From contig CAVUPH010000014.1 in assembly GCA_963743305.1 (NCBI GenBank), positions 416,001 through 480,000 on the forward strand: DNA of 64,000 nt. The letters are read 5' to 3'. The stretch comes from an uncultured delta proteobacterium (GTDB lineage: Bacteria > Desulfobacterota > RBG-13-43-22). The position numbers were made by a program, and so were the translations under genes. Below, in pieces: positions 37,801 through 48,900 of this stretch (the stretch's first letter is position 1; the number at the start of each line of letters is the position of its first letter). The notes beneath the pieces were generated by a model, which saw nothing but the letters and a program-made list of their open reading frames with translations, made no database searches and was not told the origin of the DNA.

Positions 37801-39201
37801 ATGGCCGAAAAAATTCTAATCGTCGACGATGAGGTCGATATGCTCGACCTTTTAGAGCGGATCATCGAAGATAAGACTCCCTACCAGGTGATTACCACTG
37901 CCGATCCTCTCCAGGTTCCGCAGATCTTGGATGAAATGTCAATCGATTTGATGATCACCGATCTGAGGATGCCCGGCCAGAACGGGATCGATCTTCTGGA
38001 AACGGTCCACAAAAAACATGAACGCCTCCCGGTGATGGTCATCACCGCTTACGGCACCATTGAAACGGCCGTCGAAGCTATGCAAAAAGGGGCTTTCAGC
38101 TATATCACCAAACCTTTTAAACAAGAAGAAATTTTGTTGTCCGTTGAAAAGGCGCTTGAATACCAGCGATTAAAAAAAGAAAACCTTAGCCTCCAGCGAG
38201 AACTGGGAAAAGAAATTAAATATCCCCTCATCCTCGGCACGAGCCCGGTGATGGAAAAAGTCTTCGAGCGGATCATTCAGGTGGCCAAAACCTCCGCCAC
38301 CATATTAATAACCGGGGAATCGGGCACGGGTAAGGAATTAGCCGCCAAGACCATCCACTATCATAGTTTGCGTCAGAACAACCCCTTTGTGGCCGTCAAC
38401 TGTTCGGCCATTCCTGAGTCGCTGATCGAGAGCGAACTATTTGGTCATCTGAAGGGTTCCTTCACCGGGGCCATTCGCGACAAAAAAGGTTTGGTCGAAG
38501 AGGCGGACCGGGGGACTTTCTTTTTAGATGAAATCGGGGATTTAAACCCGATCATGCAGACCAAGCTGCTCCGCCTTCTGCAGGAGGGGGAATATAAGCC
38601 CATCGGGAGTTCTAAAACTTTTACCGCCGATATCCGCTTCATCGCCGCTACCAACCAGGATTTGATCGAAAAAATACGGAAAAGGGAATTCCGAGAGGAT
38701 TTATACTATCGGCTCAATGTCATCCAATTGAGACTTCCGCCTTTGAGGGAACGAAAGGAGGATATCCCCCTGCTAGCCAATCATTTTCTGAAAAAATTCG
38801 CCCGCCTCAATCAGAAACCCATACAGGGGATTTCTACGGAAGGGTTGGACGCGCTGAGTGCGCGGGATTGGCCCGGCAATATTCGGGAGTTAGAAAATGT
38901 ACTGGAACGGGGGGTTATCCTATCCAGTTCAGACCAATTGAAAGTCCAGGACCTTTTTCCGGCGGATCATGATTATTCTTTGCCCTTTGATATCGATAAA
39001 GATATCTTCCAGGTTCCCTTTAAAGAGGCCAGAGACAAGCTGATTACCAATTTTCAGGCCGAATATATCCGGCAGTTGTTAGCTAAACATGGGGGCAATG
39101 TCTCCTTAGCCGCTAAAGAATGCGGTATAAAGCGGCCTTACCTGCATCGCTTGATGCGCGAAAGCGCTATTCAATCCAAGTCCTACCGATCATCGGATTA
39201 G
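37801..39201 (+). CDS. NtrC-family sigma54 response regulator
   Basis: REC domain; GESGTGKE, GSFTGA, WPGNIREL; HTH. Confidence 0.94.
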   Translation: MAEKILIVDDEVDMLDLLERIIEDKTPYQVITTADPLQVPQILDEMSIDLMITDLRMPGQNGIDLLETVHKKHERLPVMVITAYGTIETAVEAMQKGAFSYITKPFKQEEILLSVEKALEYQRLKKENLSLQRELGKEIKYPLILGTSPVMEKVFERIIQVAKTSATILITGESGTGKELAAKTIHYHSLRQNNPFVAVNCSAIPESLIESELFGHLKGSFTGAIRDKKGLVEEADRGTFFLDEIGDLNPIMQTKLLRLLQEGEYKPIGSSKTFTADIRFIAATNQDLIEKIRKREFREDLYYRLNVIQLRLPPLRERKEDIPLLANHFLKKFARLNQKPIQGISTEGLDALSARDWPGNIRELENVLERGVILSSSDQLKVQDLFPADHDYSLPFDIDKDIFQVPFKEARDKLITNFQAEYIRQLLAKHGGNVSLAAKECGIKRPYLHRLMRESAIQSKSYRSSD

Positions 39202-39380
39202 CCGATCCCCGTCACAGAGATGAATATTTCCCACCTTCGGCCCCGTTTTCTAAATAAAAATAGGGCACAGTGTTTCTTCTTAGATACAGCCCCTGTAATT
39301 TATTTGGTTCCAAATTCAAGGCCCGGGTCGAATTTTATAAAAAATAATAATAAATTAAGTTAGTTAAGGTTTATTTTTTT

Positions 39381-39395
39381 TGGCATAAAACTTGA
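39381..39395 (+). promoter_or_regulatory. sigma54 promoter of second TauE operon
   Basis: TGGCAT-AAAAC-TTGA downstream of an NtrC-family gene. Confidence 0.6.
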
Positions 39396-39572
39396 TATAA
39401 TACAGGCAGCTTGCCAAACCCTGATTTTTTTTGTTCTCTTGACCGGATATCCGCCAAGGGTGAAAGGGGAGAGCGGCAGGTGGGACTTTAATATTAAAAG
39501 GCGCCGATGATTGCAGTAACCGTTGACGCGTTTCGGTGACATACCTAAAGCGGAACCCAAAGGAGGAGGATT

Positions 39573-40827
39573 ATGAACGTAGGCAGGGAGGTTTTTGAAT
39601 TTCTAAAGGCCGGAGCCGTCGCCCACGCCAAGTGGGACTACGAGGTCTCCATGAGTATCCTGAAAAACAGGAAAAAACTGTTAATCATTCTTTCCATGCT
39701 GCTCCCTATTTTCGCGGTGGCCATCTGTGAAGGGGCCGGAATTTTAGGGGGCAAAACGGCCTATGCCCCGGCCCATTACACCACCATGATCTTCCTGGTT
39801 TCCATTGCCATCGGATTATGCGCCGGGCTGATCACCGGCTGCATCGGCGCCGGGGGCGGATTCATTATCACGCCGGCCCTGATGGCCGCCGGGGTCAAGG
39901 GGATCCTGGCCGTGGGGACCGACCTCTTTCATATCTTCGCCAAGGCCATCATGGGGACCGTGATCCATAAAAAACTGGGGAATGTCTCGGTCAAACTGGC
40001 GGTGGCCTTTTTAGTCGGGTCCGCCGGGGGAACGTTCATCGGCGGATTTATCAACAAGACCCTCTACAACATCGATCCCCTGCTGAGCGATACCTTTATC
40101 AGCGTCATCTATGCCGTCCTCCTGGGGTTTTTGGGGACTTACGCGATGATGGATTTCATCAAGTCGTCGCGCGGTCCGGCCGCTACCGGAGGAGGCGGGC
40201 ACGATGCCCACGGCGGGCCTTCCGGGGTCACCGGTACGGCGATTAAGCTCCAGAATTTAAACATTCCCCCCATGATCACTTTTGACGAAGACCTGGGCGG
40301 ACGGAAGATCTCCGGGGTGATCGTGGCCCTGGGCGGTGTAATCGTTGGTATGCTGGCCGCCCTGATGGGGGTCGGCGGCGGGTTTGTGACCTTCCCCATG
40401 TTCGTCTATATCTTCGGCGTCTCCTCCATGACCACCGTGGGGACCGATATCCTGCAGATTATTTTCACCGCCGGCCTGGCGGCCGTGACCCAGTACGCCA
40501 TCTACGGCTATGTGTTTTACACCCTGGCCATGGGCATGCTGATCGGCTCCCTGATCGGGATCCAGGTGGGGGCCCTGACCACCAAGGTGGTCAAGGGGAT
40601 CCATATCCGGGGTTTTTACGCCGTATCCATCCTGGCCGGATTTTATCAACCGGGCGGCCACCCTGCCCAAGAAGCTGACCGAAATGGAAGTGATCGATAT
40701 TTCCAAACCGGTAGTAAACGCCATCGATTTTGTGGGGGCCGTGGTCTTCTGGGTCGTGGTGGGAGGGTTCGCTCTCTGGGTCTTAAGTAAATTCTTTGGA
40801 AATATTAAAGCGTTAAAGGAGGCCTAA
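39573..40827 (+). CDS. sulfite exporter TauE/SafE family protein (+1 frameshift near 40642)
   Basis: GCIGAGGGFIITP...AVGTDLF; MGVGGGF...TVGTD; tail FINRAATLPKKL... in shifted frame. Confidence 0.88.
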
Positions 40828-40830
40828 CCC

Positions 40831-41557
40831 ATGGCAGCATCCAAAAAAGGCGCATTTACGATCGGCCTGCTCATGGCCATCTCGTTTGGGGTTGTTTTAT
40901 TTTTGATGTTTTCCGAAATTTTCCCCGGTCCGGCCGGCAAGAAGATGAATGGGTTGGATTGGGCGGATGACCTATTTAATAAACTGGCCAAGGGGTCTTC
41001 TTATTTCATCCCTAAGTTGAAGGAGACCAATCAAAAATTCATGGGCCGACCGTTCACGGCCACCATTAAAGTCCAGAATGCCGCGGAGGCGGATCAGATC
41101 AACAAGCTCTTTACCCAGGCCGGCGCCCGGGTAAACGTCCAGGGCGAGGCGCTGACCATTGAAGGGGACCTGGGCCAGACCATGGGGGTCATCCTCCGGG
41201 ATTCGGACGACATGTTTAACAACCAGGGTCAGAAACTGGCGGTCCTGTACGGTTATGACGAAAAAGAAGTGATGAAAAACTGGTGGACGGCCCTGAGCAG
41301 CATGGATAAGTTTTTCAAAAAGAACCTGAAGATCGAAGAAGCCAAACTGGTTTCGGAAGTCTCCAAGAAAGGGGCTTGAGCCGTCCTATAACTTCTACAA
41401 GATCGAGTCCCAACGGGTCGTCGACCGGGTCGGGATCATGACTTTTCTGTTGGTCTTCTATGTGTTTTACACCCTGTGGTGGGGCTATGCGATTTTCTAC
41501 CTCTTTGAAGGGTTCGGGCTGACCATGAAAAAAGCTAAGGTAAAGAAAGAGGTTTAG
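40831..41557 (+). CDS. conserved membrane protein following TauE (+1 frameshift near 41373)
   Basis: DDLFNKLAKGSSYFIP; tail LEPSYNFY...YTLWWGYAIFYLFEG in shifted frame. Confidence 0.7.
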
Positions 41558-41690
41558 GCCGGAGAACAGCATACCGGAACCGGGAATCAGAAGGAAAACA
41601 ATAAATCTCGTAAACCCCTGCCCCTTGATCCTTTTATCCAAGGGGCAGGGGAAACAAACCGCTACTGGAGATGACCCGAAGGAGGGAATC

Positions 41691-42120
41691 ATGAAAATAT
41701 TAGTCCCTGTTGATGGTTCAAAAAGTTCTCTGGAGGGGGCCCGGCTGGTCGGGGATCTGGCTCTGGCAAAAGCGGCTCAGATAACCCTTCTGGCCGTGGT
41801 CTCCGTTTATCCCGATATTGATCTGGAAATATCGGCCCGAGCCAGGGAATCTTTGGACAGTAAATTGAGCGCTCGGGCCGAGCAGGCGCCTTGACCAGGC
41901 CAAGGGGTTCTTTACCGGGCTGACGGTCGAAAGCATACTCGTCAGTTCGAACGACGTGGCCGATGAAATTGTAACACTGGCTGAAGAGGGGAAATTCGAC
42001 CTGATTGTCATGGGCAGCCGGGGCTTTAATGCCACCGGCAGGTTTTCCGTGGGTGGGACGGCCCTTAAAGTGGCCAGCCATTCCAGGTGTTCGGTGTTGT
42101 TGGCTAAAGGGCAGGAATAG
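41691..42120 (+). CDS. universal stress protein (+1 frameshift near 41889)
   Basis: MKILVPVDGS...; DLIVMGSRG...SVGGTALKVASHSRCSVLL in shifted frame. Confidence 0.85.
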
Positions 42121-42139
42121 AATTTAACCGTGACTCGTT

Positions 42140-42180
42140 GAGGCGAAAGGAAACCCCGCCGTTTCTTTTCGCCTCTTTTT
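42140..42180 (+). terminator. intrinsic terminator
   Basis: GAGGCGAAAGGAAAC/GTTTCTTTTCGCCTC stem followed by TTTTT between convergent genes. Confidence 0.7.
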
Positions 42181-43282
42181 ATTGATCGGTTTCGAAGGCA
42201 TAATTGCCCCTTAAAAAGGCCTCGGCGTACCAGTTCACCGTCGATTCATTATTCATGACCATATCCCGCTGCCGGGAGCAGCCCATCAGTCGGCCGATCA
42301 TATCCAGCCGGTTTTCTATCACGGTTCGTTCGGCGTTGTTCAGCCGAGCCTCGATCAAATCTTTGTGGACATCCACCTCAAAATCCAGGCGTTCGAGGAC
42401 CAGCCCGATAAAACGGGCCCTCCGGGCCCGGCGCAGGTCGTCGGCCGCCCCCCCTCTGAGCATAAACCGGATATGATTGTTCCGGGGATCATCGCTCAAG
42501 TAAGAAGCCACGGAGGTGTAATGGTATCCCAGGCGGGAGTTATAGTTCATATATTCCTTGGCGGCCAGGAGGTAGGTCTTATCCCAGAAATCCTCCTCGG
42601 GTCGACTGGAACTCTGGGCCATAATGACCATAAATCCTTTCAGGTTGACCCCGATGGGACCCGACCAACTGATCCCGGGATAATACATCCCCTGGAACAT
42701 GGCCTTCACGGGGTCGGAAAGAATTTCTTCTTTTAAGACCATTTTGTTGTCGGAAGCGCAGACCCCGCCGCCGAGGTCGATCACGTGAAGCTTTATGGGA
42801 AGACCGGTCTGAACCGGAGTGGCTTTTATTTTTCTCAGGTCATAGAGGTCCATCAGGCAAAACATTTCTTCCACGGCCAGGTCGTGGGCGTATTCCAGAA
42901 GCTCCGGCAGGGTCTGATGGTTTCCCCGGCAAAAGGACTCCGGCATGACATGTCGGCATTGGGAAAAATCCAAATCTTTAAAAGTCTCTCGATAAATTTT
43001 TTCCACCTCTTCCCGGGTCTGGGCCTCCCGGGTTAAGGCATAGGCTTTGAAAAGCTGGGGTAACTTCTGGTCAAATAATTTACTCAGCAGGTCGATCAAC
43101 TGGCTGGCCAGATCAATGAACACTCGACTGCCTCCGGGGGTGTCGGCGGCGAGTAAGTCCGATAATTTTCGACGGACTCGGAGGATTCCCTGGTAATGAC
43201 CGAAAAAATTTCGAAATTCCTCGGCCAGAGGAAGCAGGGCGCAGTCTTTAGGTTTAAATAAACTTTTTAACCAGGTTCTCAA
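42179..43282 (-). CDS. protein resembling the C-terminal region of deltaproteobacterial PEP synthase/PPDK-like proteins
   Basis: HDLAVEEMF, IDLGGG, YMNYNSRLGYHY, GGAADDLRRARRARFI, RQRDMVM; no ATP-grasp or phospho-His domain seen. Confidence 0.6.
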   Translation of the reverse strand: MRTWLKSLFKPKDCALLPLAEEFRNFFGHYQGILRVRRKLSDLLAADTPGGSRVFIDLASQLIDLLSKLFDQKLPQLFKAYALTREAQTREEVEKIYRETFKDLDFSQCRHVMPESFCRGNHQTLPELLEYAHDLAVEEMFCLMDLYDLRKIKATPVQTGLPIKLHVIDLGGGVCASDNKMVLKEEILSDPVKAMFQGMYYPGISWSGPIGVNLKGFMVIMAQSSSRPEEDFWDKTYLLAAKEYMNYNSRLGYHYTSVASYLSDDPRNNHIRFMLRGGAADDLRRARRARFIGLVLERLDFEVDVHKDLIEARLNNAERTVIENRLDMIGRLMGCSRQRDMVMNNESTVNWYAEAFLRGNYAFETDQ

Positions 43283-43390
43283 GGGGGATGGCTCAGATCA
43301 GGAAATAAATTATTACCTTAAGTGCTGTCAAAAATCTTTCGAATGGTATATTATATTAGATTAAACATCAAATCAAAAAAGGATGTTTCT

Positions 43391-43576
43391 ATGGACCCTT
43401 GGTCAATTTTGGCCAACCTGGCCTCAGATGGAGACCCCCGCCAACCCGGATTCCAGGCGCAAGGCTGGTATCTACTTACCAACCTCGTCCTGCCCATCCT
43501 GATGGGGGTGATTTTGATTGGTCCGGTCAAATGGATTGAAAAAATTTTGAGCCCCAGCCGGGGAGGCCGGGGTTAG
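43391..43576 (+). CDS. small single-TM protein
   Basis: MDPWSILANL...WYLLTNLVLPILMGVILIG; AAGGA RBS. Confidence 0.45.
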   Translation: MDPWSILANLASDGDPRQPGFQAQGWYLLTNLVLPILMGVILIGPVKWIEKILSPSRGGRG

Positions 43577-43674
43577 ATGGATGAAATCCGGTCAAAAGCA
43601 TTATTTCTTAAAGTTTTCCAAATAAAGTCCGATAAAGAGAGACAGAAAATAGTTTTAAGTTAAAAAAATCAAAA

Positions 43675-43768
43675 CCTGTAAAGGGCAAACCATCCGAAAG
43701 GGTGGGACGCAAAGCCACTGGCCTAAATGATCTGCAATATGCGGAACATAGGGTAGCAGGGTTGCCAG
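43675..43768 (+). ncRNA. c-di-GMP-I (GEMM-I) riboswitch
   Basis: GGGCAAACCATCC-GAAA-GGGTGGGACGCAAAGCC...GGCCTAA...GGTAGCAGGGTTGCC matches the GEMM-I consensus; 5' of a secreted protein gene. Confidence 0.9.
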
Positions 43769-43828
43769 GCGAAGACGGTACCTCTCGGGACTGTTCATCG
43801 CTGAACGGCAAAAACGGGAGGTACTGGA

Positions 43829-44665
43829 ATGGCTATTCAACAACAGAAGGTTCTACCGTCCCTTTCCCTTTCTTTTCCCGCCTTATTCTTAATCGGTTTC
43901 TTTTTCTTCCTGTTGCTCTTTCTGGCCGGTCAGGCCCGGGCCGAACAGGTTTCCTTAGCCTGGGACGCCAACACGGAACCCGACCTGGGTGGATATAAGC
44001 TCTATTACGGGACCGCCGCCCAGGCCTATTCCCAAGTGATTAATGTGGGCAAAAATACCCAGGTGACGGTGAGCAACCTAACCCAGGGAGTCACCTATTT
44101 TTTTGCAGTTACCGCCTACAATCTTCAAGGGGCGGAAAGTGATTATTCCAATGAAATCAATAACACGGTCCTGCGCCAGTACCGATTGACCGTCACCAAA
44201 AGAGGGTCCGGCGACGGGATTATCTCCGGGGAAGGGATCAACTGCGGCGCGGACTGTGATCAGTGGTATGACGAGGGGACCCCCATAACCCTGACCGCAA
44301 ACCCGGGACAGGGATCGGTGTTTGTCGGCTGGTCCGGAGACGACTGTAGTGGGGTGGGGGAGTGTACGATCACTCTGAACGCGGATAAGACCTTGACCGC
44401 CGGCCTGGTTTTAGACGGGTATAATGTGACCAAGAAAAATAGAAATATGAAGGGAGGGACTAGGCTTGCCGGAACCGTTCCCCAGGCTGAGCCCGGTAGA
44501 AGGGCAGGAACGATGCTGAATGGCTCCTCGACCGGGGAGACGCCCGCCATTTCCTCGGTTTATGTGATTGCTAAAAGAAACGGCCTTCGAGAAAAAAATT
44601 CGCTTCTCACACCGGGCACACAGGGATTAAAGCAGGAAGCGGCGTTAAGATTCCGCAACAATTAA
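43829..44665 (+). CDS. secreted fibronectin type III plus InlB-B/bacterial repeat domain protein
   Basis: Signal peptide; VSLAWDAN...GYKLYYG...YFFAVTAYN...ESDYSNE; LTVTKRGSGDG...CGADC...FVGWSGDDC. Confidence 0.8.
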   Translation: MAIQQQKVLPSLSLSFPALFLIGFFFFLLLFLAGQARAEQVSLAWDANTEPDLGGYKLYYGTAAQAYSQVINVGKNTQVTVSNLTQGVTYFFAVTAYNLQGAESDYSNEINNTVLRQYRLTVTKRGSGDGIISGEGINCGADCDQWYDEGTPITLTANPGQGSVFVGWSGDDCSGVGECTITLNADKTLTAGLVLDGYNVTKKNRNMKGGTRLAGTVPQAEPGRRAGTMLNGSSTGETPAISSVYVIAKRNGLREKNSLLTPGTQGLKQEAALRFRNN

Positions 44666-44947
44666 ATTCCTCGCAATCGGAGAGTTCGCCTCCTAAAGAG
44701 ACGAAAAATTCCACCCCAAAGAAACGATCCGCCTTTTCCACCATTCCTTTACTCAAATCCCCCCCAAATGCCTTTTCACAAAAATATCGATAGAGAAGAT
44801 TGATTTGGAGTCAATATTTTGCTATTCTGATGCTTCCTGAAATGGAAATGTTATAGGTAAGGGCCTTCCTAAAAATAGAAAGAAAAAAAGCAGGCCAAAT
44901 CCAGAGGTGACCGACTCGCGAACAGTCCGCGGAAAGGGAAAAGTTTC

Positions 44948-45841
44948 ATGTTTGAGCAATGTCAGCTAAAACTTTTTCCGATGACGGTGCAGGAGGTTTT
45001 GTCCGTCATTCCTTTATCCATCAACCATGCCGAACTTCTTTATCATGAAGGATTGATTTCTTTCCAACCGGAGCCGGCAAAAAAATTGCGTCCAAAGGAA
45101 CAGGCGGAGCTTTTTTTCGTAGGGACTTTAGCCAAAAATCCGATCCCTTTAGAGGCAATCAAGTATCTGCTTCAATCCTTGCGACCCCCCTATGCTTATT
45201 CTTTTAAGGAAGTTTTTTTTGACTGGGTTCAGGGAACTTGGGGAGAATTTCCTTCCGGAAGGCAGCCGGAAAAGGAGAGCAAGGAGGGGCGGCTTTCCTT
45301 GGATTGGACAGCGGTTTATCCCCTGGCCCAACGGGTCTTCACCCTCTGGCCCGGACAGCCTGAATTGATCTGGGTGCGGGAGTCCTGGGGTATGGTCCGG
45401 CAAAGCGATCTAGCGGATTATGTCGATGATTTCGAGCGCTGGGGAGTGTTGTTTCGATTCCTGGCGCTGGCGGGGATCTATTTCGATTTTTGTCACTTGG
45501 CCTGGAATCGGGAAAACCTGCCTGATTATGAAATCCTGGGAAAGGAACTGGGACTGGGACTGCTCCAGGTGGTGATGCTGTTGGGGCCGGACGCGCTTTT
45601 GGAACAGGTCAATGAGGAGGAAGACCTTTTTCGGATGGGAATGAAATCCCTGGCCGACCAGGCTCGAGTAGAGATCGTTCCCGTCCTGATTCGGGGCTAT
45701 GGTGGATTAAAGGCCCTTTACGAGGCTTTTCGCCGGAGCCGGCAGACGGAGCCCTTACCGGCGGAAAATGAACAAATCATTCAACTTTCTGAACGGAACG
45801 CCTTTCGCTGGCTGGAAGATGGCTGTCGGGCTTTCCGCTGA
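44948..45841 (+). CDS. hypothetical protein
   Basis: 297-aa ORF with no recognised motif. Confidence 0.6.
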   Translation: MFEQCQLKLFPMTVQEVLSVIPLSINHAELLYHEGLISFQPEPAKKLRPKEQAELFFVGTLAKNPIPLEAIKYLLQSLRPPYAYSFKEVFFDWVQGTWGEFPSGRQPEKESKEGRLSLDWTAVYPLAQRVFTLWPGQPELIWVRESWGMVRQSDLADYVDDFERWGVLFRFLALAGIYFDFCHLAWNRENLPDYEILGKELGLGLLQVVMLLGPDALLEQVNEEEDLFRMGMKSLADQARVEIVPVLIRGYGGLKALYEAFRRSRQTEPLPAENEQIIQLSERNAFRWLEDGCRAFR

Positions 45842-45925
45842 AACAGCCGCGCGATCCATTCGGATCTTGCGGATGAATCTCTTCAGCGGCCACGACGGCC
45901 GTTCTCCCCTTCGCCCTCCTGCCTG

Positions 45926-48900
45926 GTGATGTCCGGCCTGACCCTCTATACCAGCAACCGTTTGGAAAATCTGGCGGACCGGTTGGCCGAGGTGCTGGAG
46001 GCCCCGTTGCCTTCGCCCTTAACACCGGAAATTATTCTGGTCCAAAGCCTGGGGATGGAGAAATGGATCTCCTTGGAATTGGCCCGGCGCCTGAAGATCT
46101 GCGCCAATATGCACTTTCCCTTCCCCAACCATTTTATCACCGGTGTTTTCAGACAGGTCCTGCCCGAATTGGAAGAAACCCCGCTTTTCAACCCTGAAAT
46201 CATGGCCTGGCGGCTAATGAAAATCCTGCCACCCCTTTTGAAAGAGAAAGGGTTTGACGCCCTATTCCTCTATTTATCCGAGGGGCCTACCGACGTGAAA
46301 CTTTTTCAACTTTCGCGGCGGGTGGCCGAGCTTTTTGACCAATACCTCCTTTTTCGTCCGGAGATGATCTTCCTTTGGGAAAAGGGGCAAGAGGATCATT
46401 GGCAGGCGGTTCTCTGGCGGAATATGGTTCGGGGAATCGAAAATAAACACCGCGCCGCCTTACAAAAAACCGTCCTGGAAAAAATCAGGAGTTCAGTCTT
46501 CCAGCCGGAGATCCTGCCTAAGCGGATGGCCGTCTTCGGGATCTCAGCCCTGCCCTTCTTTCATGTGGAAATGCTGGCGGCCCTATCCCGTTTCATGGAG
46601 GTCAACCTTTTCCTGATGAATCCCTGCCGGGAATACTGGGGGAACCTGCTGACCCGAAGGGAAACGCAGCAGGTCAAGGAAAAGGCTAAGGGAAAGCAGG
46701 CCCTTACGGAATACCTGCATCTAATGCCGGGAAACAGCCTTCTGGCTTCTCTGGGCCGACTGGGTCAGGATTTTTTTGATATGATTCTGAATTTTGAGCC
46801 TCGAGAGGAAGATGGCCCGGTTGATCCAGGGCAAAAAACGCTTCTCAACTGCCTTCAGCAAGACATTCTTTTTCTGCGTGAACGCGGTGCGGGGGATGAA
46901 GGAAAAAAAGAAATCGACCCCGCTGACCTTTCTATTGAAATCCATTCCTGCCACAGCCCCATGAGGGAGGTGGAGGTTCTCCAGGACCGCCTTCTTTCCC
47001 TATTTGAAGCACACCCGGGATTGCTTCCCAAAGATGTTATGGTTATGACTCCGGACATCAAAACCTATGCCCCTTATATTCAGGCGGTTTTTTCGGTGCC
47101 CCCGGAGGATCCGCGCTGGATCCCCTTCAGCCTGGCCGATCGGGGGATTCGGCAGGAAAGTCCCTTGGCCGATCTGATTTTGGGAATGCTTGACCTGCGG
47201 GGAAGCCGGTTCGGAGTTTCCCGGGTGATGGCATTTCTGGAGTCGCCTCCGGTGCAGAGGAGATATTCCCTGGCCGAGGAGGACCTGGAGCTTATCCGTC
47301 GATGGATAGAGGATACCCGGATCCGTTGGGGCATTGACCGGGAAAGTCGGAAGATCCTGGGTCTTCCCGACTATCCGGAAAACACCTGGGGAGCGGGCCT
47401 GGAAAGAATGTTGCTGGGTTACGCCCTACCTCGCCGGGAGGATGAGCTCTTCATGGGAATCCTGCCCTATGACCGGATTGAGGGGAGCGAGGCCTCGGTC
47501 CTGGGAAATTTTGTGCATCTGGCCAATCGTCTATTCGCTCTGGAAAAAGATCTGGGGGAACCGCGGTCCCTGGGGGCGTGGGGTGATTATCTGACCCGAG
47601 TGCTCGACGAATTTTTTTCTTCCGACGAAGAGACCGAACGGGACCTCCTTTTTTTTCGCCGGCTATTGCGACAGTTTGGGGAAAGACAGGAACTCTCCGG
47701 GTTTGACGAAAAAATCAACCTGGAAGTGATCCGATCCCTGCTGAAATCTACCCTGGAAAACGAGGGGTTCGGGACCGGCTTTATAACCGGGGGGGTGACC
47801 TTTTGCGCCATGTTGCCTATGCGCAGTATCCCCTTTAAGGTGATCGGCCTCCTGGGAATGAACGATGACGCCTATCCCCGGCCGACCCAATCTCTGGGAT
47901 TTGACCTGTTGGCCAAGAATCCCCAGCCGGGAGATCGCTCGCGGAGGAACGACGACCGTTACCTTTTTCTGGAGGTCCTGCTTTCCGCCAGGGAGAGGCT
48001 CCATATTAGTTATGTGGGACAGAGCATTCAAGATAACAACCCGCGGCCGCCTTCGGTCCTGGTCAGCGAGCTTTTGGACTATCTGGAAGCAGGATACAGG
48101 ATTTCCGGAAAAGAGATCCGCGGGCAAATCGTTCGGCGGCATCCCCTTCAGGCCTTTAGCCCGGAGTATTTCAAAAAGAATCCGGAAGGCCGGTTCTTCA
48201 GTTATTCCCAGGAGAACCTCGAGGCGGCCCGGCAGGCGCAAAACCAGCTTCCTGAAGTAAGCCCGTTTATCGCTCAAGGCCTTCCCGAGCCGCCACTGGA
48301 ATGGAAAACGATCGAGGTCGGGCAGCTCATCCGGTTTTTCGGAAACCCGTCCCAATTCATCCTCAACCAGCGTTTGGGGATCTATTTAGAGGAAGGAGAG
48401 GCGATATTAGAGGAAACCGAACCCTTCGAGGTCAAAGGGCTGGATAAATATGTCCTTGAACAGGAGCTGGTCGAAAGGGGAGCGGAAAACCGCAGCCTGC
48501 CGGCAGCTTTTTCAGCCGTCCGGGCGGCGGGATTGCTTCCTCACGGAAGACCCGGTGAGTGTTTTTTTCAAAAGACCTGCCGGTCCATCGATGATTTTCT
48601 GGAAATACTCCACCCTTACCGGGAAGGAGGACCGCTGGCGCCCCTGGAAGTGGATCTGGCCCTGGGAGGGTTCCGGGTCGTGGGCCGGATTGAGGGCCTT
48701 TACCCTCAGGGGCTGATTCATTTCCGCTACGCCAAGGTGAAACCAAAAGACCGTCTGCGACTCTGGATTAGGCATCTTTTGGTGAACCGCATCGGCTTTC
48801 CGGGCTATCCGGATCAGGCCCGACTCTTCGGTCAGGATAAAGCCCGCACTTACCCGTCGGTCCCAGACAGTGATGCGCTGTTACAAGAGCTACTCGAGCT

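Noticed and set aside
41377-41894. TGA ends of ORFs 40831-41379 and 41625-41894 as further Sec codons
   Set aside because: The protein continues in a different frame, so these are frameshift-generated stops
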